Shown: piece after piece, positions 10,643-21,018 of the stretch
Position numbering within the stretch: the first letter of the stretch is position 1
Layout: each line of letters begins with the position of its first letter
Source of the DNA: Candidatus Bathyarchaeia archaeon
GTDB lineage: Archaea; Thermoproteota; Bathyarchaeia; 40CM-2-53-6
Direction: 5' to 3'
DNA: 64,000 bases
NCBI GenBank assembly: GCA_050013255.1
Contig: JBEKFP010000001.1
Coordinates: forward strand, 1,248,001-1,312,000
Position numbers and translations under genes: made by a program
The notes under the pieces: model-generated
The model's input: only the letters and a program-made list of their open reading frames with translations
Told to the model about the DNA's origin: nothing
The model's database searches: none

Positions 10643-11032
10643 CTAAAGCCCGTTTTCCTGCCCATTGGGCCGCTGGCTCTTGTCTAATGACAATATCCGC
10701 TTGACTTCAGATTCTTGGATTTGCAATTGCGAGGACAGTAGCTCAGTGGAAACTGTCGGGTTGTGGTTTCTTATTTCTGAAAGCACTTCTTTGAGATACT
10801 GGTCGTACGCCGTGGCCTCGTCCCATCTGCTCTGGAATTGGCGTAGGAATACTTGGGCAAGTCCCTCCGAGGGGATTACGTAGCCTTCCCGGGTGGGTTG
10901 ATTCTCACCAGCGCTGCTCGGTAATCCTAACACTGTGTAATCGTTGGCTATCACAGTATACCTCAAATCACTAACGAGTATACCCGGATGAAATCTTATT
11001 TCTGCCCCAACCTCCCGGTACCTATTTGCCAC
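10643..11032 (-). pseudogene. C-terminal part of a TrmB-like regulator, probably 5'-truncated
   Basis: Resembles the PLD-like effector domain ending F...W..A; no N-terminal HTH in frame. Confidence 0.35.
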
Positions 11033-11142
11033 AACAACTTTGTCAGGTGTTCTCGGTAAGGGGGTTCACTATCAAGGAATCAAGTAGGGCTGAGGGAGTT
11101 GAAGTAATGCTTAATGCCGATTGCGATAAGCCTAGAACATGA

Positions 11143-12069
11143 TTGGGCGAACGTGATAATATGCGATCAACAGGCCACGGCGGTCTCTTTCTCCACACCC
11201 TTTCTGATTACTTCAGCATGACCAAGCCTGCTATCGCGTCGTTGAATGTGTTCGTCGGTCTAGCAACAATGCTTCTGGCCGTAGGACTTCATGTTGTTAC
11301 CGCGAACTCACTGCTCTTGCTTGGCGTGGCTGGGTTTCTGTCAGCCGCCGGCGCAGGGGCCCTGAACTGCTTTATTGAAAGACGCATTGATTTTCAAATG
11401 AACCGGACTCGGCACAGGCCGCTCCCATCCGGGCGAGTATCCGCCAACGCCGCATTTTCATTCGGCCTAGTGCTTTCGGTTAGCGGCGTAGGGTTAGCGG
11501 CATTCTTCTTGAACGCTTTAACCGCCTCATTCATCGCGTTGGGCGTATTCTGGTACGTTTTTGTTTACACGTTATGGCTGAAACCTAGGACGAAGTGGAA
11601 TATTGTCATAGGCGGAGCCGCCGGCTCCTTCTCTGCACTCGCGGGATGGGCTGCTGTTACGGGATCAATCAGCCTGGTGGCGCTTCTCGTCGCGTTTCTG
11701 ATCTTCCTTTGGACACCGGGCCATTTCTGGGGGTTGGCGATAGCTAAAGCGAAAGAGTACGCGAAGGTTCAGGTCCCAATGCTCCCCGTCGTTGACGGCG
11801 TGCAGAAAAGTGCCGTTTACGCAGCCGTTTCAAATATAGCTCTCTTCCCGTTCACCGTCGGACTCTTCGTCTTGACCGCTTATCAGGGCAATATTTGGGC
11901 ATTCATTCTCCTTGGGGGTATCCTAATCGCGTACAACGTGAGGTTTCTGGCCGCGAATCTTAGAATGATAAAACATCCAGCGCCAATGAGCGCGTGGCGC
12001 GTGTTCAAGATGTCGATCGTCTATTTGTTCGTGGTTCTCTTGCTCATCGTTGCGGCTCATCTAGTGTAA
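11143..12069 (+). CDS. cyoE: Protoheme IX farnesyltransferase (heme o synthase)
   Basis: MTKP, N..IE..ID..M.RT..RPLPSG, YT.WLK.RT.WNIVIGG.AG, WTP.HFW.LA. Confidence 0.95.
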   Translation: MGERDNMRSTGHGGLFLHTLSDYFSMTKPAIASLNVFVGLATMLLAVGLHVVTANSLLLLGVAGFLSAAGAGALNCFIERRIDFQMNRTRHRPLPSGRVSANAAFSFGLVLSVSGVGLAAFFLNALTASFIALGVFWYVFVYTLWLKPRTKWNIVIGGAAGSFSALAGWAAVTGSISLVALLVAFLIFLWTPGHFWGLAIAKAKEYAKVQVPMLPVVDGVQKSAVYAAVSNIALFPFTVGLFVLTAYQGNIWAFILLGGILIAYNVRFLAANLRMIKHPAPMSAWRVFKMSIVYLFVVLLLIVAAHLV

Positions 12070-12200
12070 TGTCGTTTTCCTCGTCATGCTGTGACCTGCA
12101 GCGTCACGTAAGTGCCAGGATACGGCACACCACGAGATTCCTTCCAACCTTGGGGACCTAATCACGTTACAAAATCGAACCTAATCGAATCCAGACACTG

Positions 12201-12695
12201 TTATACAGCAACAATGAGCAGCGCACTTAACATGTAAGGGTGAACCGGGCAGAATATGTTACAGTACATGGTGAAGTTCCCCGTCTGATCTGCTGTGAAG
12301 GAGACGCGGAAAGTTTCATGCGGCATCAGGGCCACGCCAGTGTCTAGGTAATGTTCGATGGCGAACCCGTGAGGCGAGTAATCATCAGTATTACAGACCA
12401 TAATGTTCACCCTGTCGCCCTTATGGACCCTGACGACAGGCCACGGCTCGTTGGGGGACTTCTGTAGGTGGGTGACACTGTCATTGAAACCGCCTAGGTT
12501 GGCAATGATGAGAAAGTAACCCGGAGGCTTCACGCAATCTGTCGCTCTTTGAGTTACTGGCGGCTGATTCGCGGGAGAGCTCAATGAAGGCCAGTAAAGG
12601 CTTGCCACTGAACCTACTACTACGGCTGCTAAAATGCCGACTACGAGGAACTTGTTCAGCAGACCTCGGCCTCTCGACGCCTTCGTCACTAACAC
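12201..12695 (-). CDS. Membrane-anchored cupredoxin with CuA-like site
   Basis: N-terminal TM; HGFAI and CNIFCPVHPYM motifs. Confidence 0.8.
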   Translation of the reverse strand: MLVTKASRGRGLLNKFLVVGILAAVVVGSVASLYWPSLSSPANQPPVTQRATDCVKPPGYFLIIANLGGFNDSVTHLQKSPNEPWPVVRVHKGDRVNIMVCNTDDYSPHGFAIEHYLDTGVALMPHETFRVSFTADQTGNFTMYCNIFCPVHPYMLSALLIVAV

Positions 12696-12798
12696 TATAT
12701 TTCCTTATTGACTGAGAGAATGGACCGAGACTCACAGGTTTTCTAACCGAATCCCTGAACTGTGAGTGATCTTGCTGAGTGAGGCACGTGGCCTTCCT

Positions 12799-13179
12799 TC
12801 ACTTATGCCCCTTACAGGTCGGCGAGGTCGAATAATGCGTTTTACGTGCGTCTTCTAACGCCTCGGCATCAAACCCCTTGTCAGGTCTATAGATAACCGT
12901 GTGACATGTTCCGCATTCGATGCCATTAGACTCCTCAACCCTCGCTTGCTTTCCCGGGTTAGCTAGAAGGAGCCCTCTAGGAGCAATCTGTTTCAGTGGG
13001 CCTGAGAGCTCCGTCAAATCCTTCTTGGGGACGGGTTTCCAAATCAAGTTCCCACAGTTCGGGCACTTCTGCCGATTCGTTCTTGCTTTCCAACCGCAAG
13101 ACGCGCAATGCCAATTCATTGTAGACTCATCACGTCCCTCGGTGCGAAACTTGGATTCCATTCCTGCGTAACCTATCAA
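12799..13179 (-). CDS. Zinc-ribbon protein
   Basis: CASC, CPNC, CGTC and H..C pairs. Confidence 0.55.
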   Translation of the reverse strand: MIGYAGMESKFRTEGRDESTMNWHCASCGWKARTNRQKCPNCGNLIWKPVPKKDLTELSGPLKQIAPRGLLLANPGKQARVEESNGIECGTCHTVIYRPDKGFDAEALEDARKTHYSTSPTCKGHK

Positions 13180-13518
13180 TCATGAGGTACGTCATAATCT
13201 CTGACAGAGAACGAGAGTGATCGTTTGTTGTGGGGATTTCACGTTTGCTTTAACGTTGGGCTTTATCCCCGACCCCGATTCAAATCCGGTTGTCTTGTAT
13301 CACGCCTTTCTATTCTGCGCTTGTGGAAGATAAACAGCTCGTCGCGGCATTATGGTATCGTCCACCCGTTCCCCTGCCGCGCACGCTGGCTAGGCTACAG
13401 TGATTTCTACTAGGTAGAAGAACCGTTACGAAAGTAGGGGCGTGGGACACGCAGTTAAGCGGCTGGAAACCGCGTTCACAAATCGCGTGAAGAACGGGGA
13501 AAGGAGGTGTCGATGTAA

Positions 13519-13623
13519 TTGAGGAAGCAAAGAGTTTGGGTGCCCAGCTACGTCTACGCCTGCGACCCTTGGTACGGATATTACCCCGCACTGGAATGGC
13601 AGGAATACGAACTAGACTACTGA
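13519..13623 (+). CDS. Small Tyr/Trp-rich peptide (34 aa, MRKQRVWVPSYVYACDPWYGYYPALEWQEYELDY), not in the ORF track
   Basis: GGAGGTG at 13503-13509; TTG start; translated by hand. Confidence 0.45.
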   Translation: MRKQRVWVPSYVYACDPWYGYYPALEWQEYELDY

Positions 13624-13671
13624 GCTGGAGACCGTCGTCAAGAATTTCCTTTTCCGGGGTTTCTCAACTTC

Positions 13672-14499
13672 TCAAGGAAGAACTATGAGTTTGCCCGACT
13701 GAGAATCGTGGATTCGTTGAAGTATTTTGACTTCAGCCTTCCTCATTCCAAGGTACATGCCGAGGGAGAAGTGGAGGCTGAACCCGAGGAGTGAAAGGAT
13801 GCCAAAATGGTATGGCAGAGGTGCTCTGTTCAGCCATAAAGAACGGTAGAACAGACCGAGTAATGTGAGGAGAACTCCGAGCCCCGCCAACGCACCGACT
13901 GAGGAATAAAGCAGGGATGTGTGAAACTGCCCCGCGTTAACCCCTGTTATCTTGAATTTATCAAAGTATGGGAGCACGAGGGCAGGAACGAAACCTGCAA
14001 GAACTGTGACTATGAGTAGAGCAGGGATCAAGTCACGTGAGAAGAGTATAGGCCCTACGCCAGAAGCGGGCCTAGAGAAGACATCGAGCCGATGGAGAAT
14101 GGGCTGGAACATACCCGCCTCAGGGCCATCCCCATTGTGAACGTCCCAGGCCAGCCCAACCGCGGAGATGAAAACCAGTCCGGGCATATACAACCAGTGC
14201 ACACGATCAAGCAACTTCGAGGTCCTGCTCGATATGGTCGGGGTCTTCGACAGCTCAATGACTTGCTTCGAGTGTGTAACACGGGAAATGAAACTCGCTA
14301 AGCCCAGCGAGAACGATCCACCCAGAATCAGAATCATGACGTAGCCAAGAGCAACCGCCCAAAGGCCTACGAGGGAGGTGGCCCCGATCATGAACAGGGG
14401 GCCGAATGTTGGCCCCAAGGTTGAGCGTTCCCAGAGTGTCCGGCCGAAGGTTGTGAGGATGGCGGTGGCGTAGAAAATGATTCCAACGATTACATACAC
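13672..14499 (-). CDS. Hypothetical multi-pass membrane protein
   Basis: Long ORF with about 6 hydrophobic segments. Confidence 0.65.
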   Translation of the reverse strand: MYVIVGIIFYATAILTTFGRTLWERSTLGPTFGPLFMIGATSLVGLWAVALGYVMILILGGSFSLGLASFISRVTHSKQVIELSKTPTISSRTSKLLDRVHWLYMPGLVFISAVGLAWDVHNGDGPEAGMFQPILHRLDVFSRPASGVGPILFSRDLIPALLIVTVLAGFVPALVLPYFDKFKITGVNAGQFHTSLLYSSVGALAGLGVLLTLLGLFYRSLWLNRAPLPYHFGILSLLGFSLHFSLGMYLGMRKAEVKILQRIHDSQSGKLIVLP

Positions 14500-14680
14500 A
14501 ATAACCGCGTAGTCTATCTTAACCAGATTGGAGCACCTTTCGAATTCGAAGATTTTCTCATACTAATGTAACTATCGATTGGTACGTTGTTTTCTCAAGT
14601 GAAGCGCAGCCAGCATAGTTCTTTAGTGGTCAAAGTCTCCCTGCAGCAGCGCTAGATCAATTGTGGGATAAGCGGTCGGT

Positions 14681-15868
14681 TTGAGGCGTGTACTTAATCG
14701 CGGCGCGGTTGTTTCTCTCATTCTCTCTAGAACAGCATACGCGATTAATTGGTATAATATTGCTGCAGTATTTGCATTCATAGCCATTGATTTTGGACAA
14801 AATGTTTCGGGCCTTGGCGTATTGACTGCAAGTTTCTACATCGGGCTTGGATTGTTTCAAATCCCGGGAGGAATCGTGGCGGCAAAGTTCGGGCCGAGGA
14901 AAACTGCCATCTACGGAATGCTACTATCCTCTGCCGCTGCAGCTCTTACGGCTTTCACCTTTCAATTCTACCAATTGGTTTTGCTAAGATTCCTAGTGGG
15001 AGTGGGAATGGGTCTATTCTTTGGGCCTGGGGTTACGTTAATCGCCAAAGCATTTCGAGGGGAATCACAGGGGCTCGGGGTGGGAGTCTTCAACGGCGCC
15101 TTCTATGTTGGGTCAGCTTTAGGCCTCTTTGGATGGTCGGTTCTCGCCGAGTTAACCGGTTGGCGACTGAGCATAGCCGCAAGTGGTGGGTTGGGAATTC
15201 TTGGGAGCCTACTTCTTTTGGCTTATCTGCCAAAGGACGAGTTGCGGAAAGAGTTCACTGTTAAGTTGGCAGACCTACGGCGGGTTCTTTCAAGCCGATG
15301 GCTACTCTTGCTCTCGCTCGAACTACTCGGAATTGGTAGCGGCCTAATTCTCGTGAACACCTTCATGATCTACTACCTTGAACAGTCCCTCAAGCTTGGG
15401 CCCACCCCTGCCGGAATAATTGGAGCTCTTAGCCCGCTTTGCGCAGTTTTCGCTTGCCCACTTTTCGGCATCTTATATGATAAGACGAAGAGAACCCGCC
15501 TCCTTCTGTTCATTCTTGGAGCGGTGTTGGCTATCGCCGTCGCAGTAGTCTCAATAGGAACCGTTTACTCTGCAATTGGCGCAAGCCTGATCGCGGGTTC
15601 GAGCAGCGGCGCCTTTACGATAACTTATTTGGCTGCCCGGAAAGTTCGGGCGGCTTCGGCTGAGTACGAGACGCTCGCCGTGAGTTGGGTCAATACCATG
15701 CAGATGTTTGCCGGCTTCTGGTCACCTGTCGTATTTTCCCTGCTCGTCATATCGTTCGGCTACGGGACATCGTGGATGGTTGGGGCGCTGTATACCTTTC
15801 TCTTGATTTCAGTCATTCTAGTGGCCAAGGAGCCGCGGAGTGGCGTGGCTGGTTCTAAGGGTGACTGA
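14681..15868 (+). CDS. MFS transporter
   Basis: About 12 TMs; GIVAAKFGPRK motif-A-like loop; LRFLVGVG. Confidence 0.9.
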   Translation: MRRVLNRGAVVSLILSRTAYAINWYNIAAVFAFIAIDFGQNVSGLGVLTASFYIGLGLFQIPGGIVAAKFGPRKTAIYGMLLSSAAAALTAFTFQFYQLVLLRFLVGVGMGLFFGPGVTLIAKAFRGESQGLGVGVFNGAFYVGSALGLFGWSVLAELTGWRLSIAASGGLGILGSLLLLAYLPKDELRKEFTVKLADLRRVLSSRWLLLLSLELLGIGSGLILVNTFMIYYLEQSLKLGPTPAGIIGALSPLCAVFACPLFGILYDKTKRTRLLLFILGAVLAIAVAVVSIGTVYSAIGASLIAGSSSGAFTITYLAARKVRAASAEYETLAVSWVNTMQMFAGFWSPVVFSLLVISFGYGTSWMVGALYTFLLISVILVAKEPRSGVAGSKGD

Positions 15869-15917
15869 CGTACTAAGCTAAGCTCGTAAGAAAGCTAGTT
15901 CGGGGGATTCCTCCAAG

Positions 15918-16718
15918 CTACCCTGTCATTTGTGATGATGCCTGACCCCTTCGCAACGAGTAGAGCAGCAGGCCTTGCAGAGTCAACGCCACAACTACTC
16001 CTAAAGCAAATGTTTGGAATGTGCCCATTGTTACTACGAACGATGCAATTAGGGAAAAGAAAACGGCGGTTGTGAAACACCCGACGATCACGCCGCGAAG
16101 GAATTGCGCACTTGCATCTGGGCCTTCGAATTTGTGAATGAACACCGCCAATATGGTTGCGTAAACTGGGAACGGGGTGAGGAGGCCACTGAAGTGAGGT
16201 CCTAGGAATGTCGCAGTCTCAGTGATGAGGAAGACCATAGCGGTTGCTGAAACTATTCGAGCTGGGATCTCCCATGCCGGAGGCTTGCGAGAACTCCTTC
16301 CAGCCGCGCCTGGGGGCATAACTCTCCAGACAAATGCTAGGAATGCGAGAACACTAACTAAGGACAAGACGAGTGGGGCTGATACAAAATACAAGAACAC
16401 CGACGCAGCGAAGTAGGCTGTGCAGCACCCAACGAAACTAATCCGCCATCTGAACCTGAAAGAAAGCAAACTGTACGCTAGGCAGGAACTTGATAGTGAG
16501 ATCAAGCCCATCAATGTTCCCTGCGCGGCTACCGACGCAAAGTTACTTCCCTGCTCCAATGCCAAGAAGAACAGGACTGGGCCGGAGGTCAGCGGAAGGC
16601 CGATTATCAACCCACCGACGGACGCGCCCCATCGGCGAGTCACGATACTCACCGCGGAAATGAAAATCGGAACACTAACCAGTTTCAGCCCGAGAAACGC
16701 CCACGTGCTCATCAGCAT
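15918..16718 (-). CDS. Conserved membrane protein with internal duplication
   Basis: RRWG..VGGL..GLPLTSGP and LGP..SGLL.PFP repeats. Confidence 0.7.
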   Translation of the reverse strand: MLMSTWAFLGLKLVSVPIFISAVSIVTRRWGASVGGLIIGLPLTSGPVLFFLALEQGSNFASVAAQGTLMGLISLSSSCLAYSLLSFRFRWRISFVGCCTAYFAASVFLYFVSAPLVLSLVSVLAFLAFVWRVMPPGAAGRSSRKPPAWEIPARIVSATAMVFLITETATFLGPHFSGLLTPFPVYATILAVFIHKFEGPDASAQFLRGVIVGCFTTAVFFSLIASFVVTMGTFQTFALGVVVALTLQGLLLYSLRRGQASSQMTG

Positions 16719-16842
16719 AGTTTCTTTTCAAAACATGGGGATAGATATTGTTGGGGTTAGATTGCCGCGGGAGCGTTTCCTTAGTCTAAACTGAACCAAG
16801 CAGAGATGAATTATGACGTCCCCTGATATTTGGGGACTAGTA

Positions 16843-17334
16843 ATGTTTGAGATTTCTGAACTCTACGCCTACGCGTCCCGTGTCCGGCGAAGGTTTGCGG
16901 ACAAGCTTGCCGAATTACCTTGGGCAGAGGTTGAGAAGAACAGGGAGGCGAGCTTCTACAGCATGAAGAATATTCTGCTCCATATGGCGGACAATGAGGA
17001 TTGGGTCGTTAACTGGGTTATCCCAGGGCGGGGTGGAGAGTACGTGCGGAGGAAGTGGGCTGAGTATACGAGCATGGGTATGGTGCTCATGCATTTGGAA
17101 GAGGTTGAGGGGAGAACTCGGGCTTGGCTCCCGGGCTTGGATGAGAAAGCTTTGAAGCGGAAGGTGAACTTCACGCTCTCCTCGGGAGCAACCTTCGACC
17201 TCACGGTTGAAGAATGCCTCATCCAATCTTTCACCGAGCAAATGTATCATATGGGCGAATTGATCGCGTTAATGTGGCAGGACAATGTTGAACCGCCTCA
17301 GATGCAATGGTTCTGGAATAACCCTAGAACCTAG
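16843..17334 (+). CDS. DinB family protein
   Basis: SM..ILLHM..ED.W and E..YH.GEL..L motifs. Confidence 0.8.
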   Translation: MFEISELYAYASRVRRRFADKLAELPWAEVEKNREASFYSMKNILLHMADNEDWVVNWVIPGRGGEYVRRKWAEYTSMGMVLMHLEEVEGRTRAWLPGLDEKALKRKVNFTLSSGATFDLTVEECLIQSFTEQMYHMGELIALMWQDNVEPPQMQWFWNNPRT

Positions 17335-17503
17335 GAATATGACACTGAATGGTAGTGGGGGTAGGCTCCTTTGGCTCAAACTACTTCGAAACTTTTGGTT
17401 TTCCTCGCAGATGAGTAATGGCAGGCGTTCTTGTCCGATGAGCCGGTCTTCGCGATTGCCCTTGGCGACCGGCGGTACGACGACAAGCTCCCAGACATAA
17501 GGT

Positions 17504-18568
17504 CTAGATTCGAGAGTATATGTTCGAGGTTCCTGTACCTCTACTTTGGATTTCTTGCTCGATCTGTCTCAGCAGGAGTATTCTTTTGAATGTTGGCGGG
17601 TGTGTGGCGAAGGCTTCGTTGATGGAACGCCAATGGGACTTTGCCTCTTCCTCCATCGCCAATTCAAGTTCATGTTCATCAAGCACGCCATTGTGATCTA
17701 GATCGTACTTGCTCTTTTGTTGTATAATCCCAGCAACTTCCTGTTTAGCTAACGCAGGGTCCGCGATGAAGAGCGCACGGGCGCCGTGGGTATCCTGCGG
17801 GGCTATGGACAGGCCGTACGTTATCCTCGTAAGCGCACTCTCTAGGTTCCTAGGCGATTCCGTCAGGTAAGCTGAGAAGACGTCCGCGAAACTCTCCCGA
17901 AGTCGGCTAAGGCGAAGGACCAGGAGTTGGGAAATGAAATAGACCGCCAAAGCAACAATCCCAGCCAGAAGAATGTATGCAAACCCATTTTCGCGTTCGC
18001 CCCTCCGGCCGCTTCCACCGTATACTTGGAAGCCAAAAGCCGCCCGAACCACAACATAGGCGATCAACGGGATCGCAGACATGAATGTCATCACGATCGA
18101 ATCCTTATGCCGCACGTGGCCGAGCTCATGCGCAATCACCCCTCGAATCTCATCTTCGCTCAGCTGCGATAGCAGGCCCTGGTGCACGGCCAAAGTCATA
18201 TTCGAGGATGAGTTGCCGAAGACGAAAGCGTTGGGCGTCTGGTCGGGAACAATCGCCAAGCGCGGTTGCTTCACGCCCGCTTCCTGGGCCAGCTTCCCTA
18301 CGGTCTGTTCCAACCAAGCATTCTCGCCAGGCCGCAAATATCGCAGCCGAGTCGTTAACCGAACAATAGACGGGCTAATGGCGAATTGGATCAACATGAA
18401 AATCAAAGCCAAAACAAGAGCCCCCGAAAGTATTCCTACCGGCGAGAAATCCACGCCCACCGCAGCGCTAATGAAGACTGAGACTACGGCGATAAAGGCG
18501 ACAAAGATGAAGAGCGTAATGATTACGGTCGAATACATGGTGCCTTTGAGTTGTCCTAAATTCGCCAA
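17504..18568 (-). CDS. htpX: HtpX-type M48 zinc metalloprotease
   Basis: PNAFVFG, HELGH, SRLRE..AD, THPP...RI. Confidence 0.92.
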   Translation of the reverse strand: MANLGQLKGTMYSTVIITLFIFVAFIAVVSVFISAAVGVDFSPVGILSGALVLALIFMLIQFAISPSIVRLTTRLRYLRPGENAWLEQTVGKLAQEAGVKQPRLAIVPDQTPNAFVFGNSSSNMTLAVHQGLLSQLSEDEIRGVIAHELGHVRHKDSIVMTFMSAIPLIAYVVVRAAFGFQVYGGSGRRGERENGFAYILLAGIVALAVYFISQLLVLRLSRLRESFADVFSAYLTESPRNLESALTRITYGLSIAPQDTHGARALFIADPALAKQEVAGIIQQKSKYDLDHNGVLDEHELELAMEEEAKSHWRSINEAFATHPPTFKRILLLRQIEQEIQSRGTGTSNIYSRI

Positions 18569-18653
18569 TGCCTATCAGGCCTCTAGTTTCCGCTTGCGAG
18601 GAGAAATAGAGACCATTAAACATTAGCTCTCACAAACCACGGAAGGATTAGGC

Positions 18654-19409
18654 TTGGTTGCGATCACGAAGGAAGTAGCCTGCCCTCACTGTGCAGCACC
18701 TCTACAGGTCCAGCCTGGAGAGATTATCGTAACCTGCAAGTATTGCGGGTTCACAAGCTTCATTGAGACCGGCAAGGCCTTCGAGTTCGAGCACTCTCTT
18801 ATCCTCAACTCAATTCAGGCACCTCAGGTTTTCAAACTGGTTCAAAGCTGGATGACCAACAGCTTCATTGCCTCAAAGGACCTACAGAAGAAATCCGCAC
18901 TCGCAGAACAGAATTTGACCTACCTCCCTATCTGGGTCGTCAGCGCCGAGGCCCAAACACACTACAAAGGCATCATAGAACGAATCGCACCGCCCGCGCA
19001 GCAAGAAGGCGACATCTCTGACCGATACGACTGGCTGGTGTTGGCTAGGAGGCAGAGCAACTTCCCAATCCGCTCCTACCACCTTTCCCTAGCTGGAAAG
19101 ATTCCTTTCGATGCGGCCAGAATAGAAAGCGGTGCGAAAATCCTAAACAGCGAGATGGATTCCGACGAGGCAGTTGCGCAGGCACGGGACGAAATTGAGC
19201 ATCTGCACGAATACCTTGCCAAAGAGAAAATCGACCGGATCGAAGACACTAAGACCTCGTTCAACGTAGCAAGTAGCTTCTACCTACACGCTCCCGTTTG
19301 GTTCGTGACCTACGTCTACAAGAATTCCCGATACCAAGTCCTGCTTGACGGTTCCTCATCGGAAGTAATCACGGGAGACTTGCCCAGCACAGATTTCAAA
19401 ATGCTCTAA
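18654..19409 (+). CDS. Zinc-ribbon protein (CPHC..CKYC) in SPFH operon
   Basis: N-terminal Cys pairs; YLP.W and PVW..Y.Y...DG motifs. Confidence 0.7.
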   Translation: MVAITKEVACPHCAAPLQVQPGEIIVTCKYCGFTSFIETGKAFEFEHSLILNSIQAPQVFKLVQSWMTNSFIASKDLQKKSALAEQNLTYLPIWVVSAEAQTHYKGIIERIAPPAQQEGDISDRYDWLVLARRQSNFPIRSYHLSLAGKIPFDAARIESGAKILNSEMDSDEAVAQARDEIEHLHEYLAKEKIDRIEDTKTSFNVASSFYLHAPVWFVTYVYKNSRYQVLLDGSSSEVITGDLPSTDFKML

Positions 19410-19470
19410 TTCTATTCAAAGATGATGAATCCTTAAAAGCCAAGCCAGACGTGAGTTGAGGAGAATTTCC

Positions 19471-20007
19471 ATGGCCGCAAAAACGCCACTCGAACGAGTA
19501 CAGGAAAGCGACAGGCCCCTAGAACGTATAATGCTGCAGCTCCCTGGCTTCCGTGGATACAAGGTTAGGGAGGAAAGAAGGGAAGCGGACAGAATCGTAA
19601 GGGACTACACCTACCGTGCCCTCAAAGGCGCACGAGACGACCTCATGGGCTGCTTCCAGTTGCTCAGTAACGCCGGGACGCCGGAGTTAATGGAGCCCAC
19701 AAACCAGCTCATCGCAAAGTTGGACCGAGTTGCGGAGAAGGTAAACCGCGCCTCATACGGGTACAGCGGGTTCTTTGACTCCGTACGCATCGAAGCCCCT
19801 CAGCTAGATCAAATGGTGGCCTACGACACGCAGATGATTGAGGCTGCGCGAAAATTGGCTGATTCAATTTCAAGCTTCAAAATGCAACTTAGTCAGGGAA
19901 AATTCGAAGATACTCGGAACGTGGAAAGTGGTCTGGGGACTTCAATCTTGCAACTTGAAGCCACGTTTGACAAACGTAAGCAGGTAATCGAAGGGGTGGC
20001 CGTCTAA
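19471..20007 (+). CDS. Conserved helical hypothetical protein
   Basis: LPGFRGY...E.RREAD..VR, YGYSGFFD; stop overlaps the SPFH start (TAATG). Confidence 0.75.
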   Translation: MAAKTPLERVQESDRPLERIMLQLPGFRGYKVREERREADRIVRDYTYRALKGARDDLMGCFQLLSNAGTPELMEPTNQLIAKLDRVAEKVNRASYGYSGFFDSVRIEAPQLDQMVAYDTQMIEAARKLADSISSFKMQLSQGKFEDTRNVESGLGTSILQLEATFDKRKQVIEGVAV

Positions 20008-20990
20008 TGCCTCAAGTTTTAGAATGGGTCAACGCGGGTCCCGACGATATTGTGTACCGTTACCCGGACGAGAACATTATGTGGGGGGCGCAACTGGTCG
20101 TTCACGAGTACGAGTACGCTGTTTTCTTCCGCGACGGCAAAAGCTACGACACCTTCGGCCCGGGGAGGCACACGCTAACAACACTCAACCTGCCTCTCAT
20201 TACGAAAGTTTTGTCCAGGATCGCGGGTTTTCAACAGACACCCTTCAAGGCGAACGTTATCTTCGTCTCCAACAAGCAGTTCGTAGGAAAATTCGGCAAC
20301 AGAGCCCAAACAACCGAACTTGCCCCGCTTATGACCTTCGGTTCTTTCTGGTTCAGGGTTGAAGACGCATCCATTTTCGTTAACGAGGTTGTGGGTGGGC
20401 AGAATGCGTATACCACAGCGGATGTCAACAATTTCCTGCGCGGATTCGTCAACGAAAAAATGATCGACGCACTCTCCAAGTACGACCTTCAGACCGTATT
20501 CACTAAGCTTGACGAGACGTCAAATGAGGTGAAAGCCAACCTTGTCGACTACTTCAAACGAATAGGGGTTCAGATGATCGACCTCAAGTTTGAAGGAATC
20601 GACACTACGCCCGAATTCCGGGACAGGTTGTTCTGGTTGAAAACAGGCCGCGTGTCACCTGACGAGGTCATTAGGATGGAGACCGTAAAGGACGCTGCCG
20701 CGTCTTTAGGTAAATCTACGGGCGGGGGTGCAGCCTTCGGCGCCGGCATGGTCCTCGTCCCACCACTATTCCAAACATCAGGCGGAACAGCCCCTGCCAT
20801 TGCATTAGTCGTTTGCCCCAACTGTCAAGCACACATTCCCTCAACGTCGAAGTTCTGTCCCAACTGCGGCACAAGCATTAGTTCCGAAACGCAGCCCACC
20901 GCCGCTCCAGGAAAGAAATGTCCCAAGTGCAACAGCGTGGCCGCCGCAGGCGCAACCTTCTGCCAAAACTGCGGAGCCAAACTTCCCTAA
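20007..20990 (+). CDS. SPFH domain protein with C-terminal zinc ribbons
   Basis: QLVVHE...AVFFRDGK..D.FGPGRHTL.T.NLP; four CxxC pairs at the C-terminus. Confidence 0.88.
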   Translation: MPQVLEWVNAGPDDIVYRYPDENIMWGAQLVVHEYEYAVFFRDGKSYDTFGPGRHTLTTLNLPLITKVLSRIAGFQQTPFKANVIFVSNKQFVGKFGNRAQTTELAPLMTFGSFWFRVEDASIFVNEVVGGQNAYTTADVNNFLRGFVNEKMIDALSKYDLQTVFTKLDETSNEVKANLVDYFKRIGVQMIDLKFEGIDTTPEFRDRLFWLKTGRVSPDEVIRMETVKDAAASLGKSTGGGAAFGAGMVLVPPLFQTSGGTAPAIALVVCPNCQAHIPSTSKFCPNCGTSISSETQPTAAPGKKCPKCNSVAAAGATFCQNCGAKLP

Positions 20991-21018
20991 AGGACCATAA
21001 CAAGGGAAAAGTGTCGAT

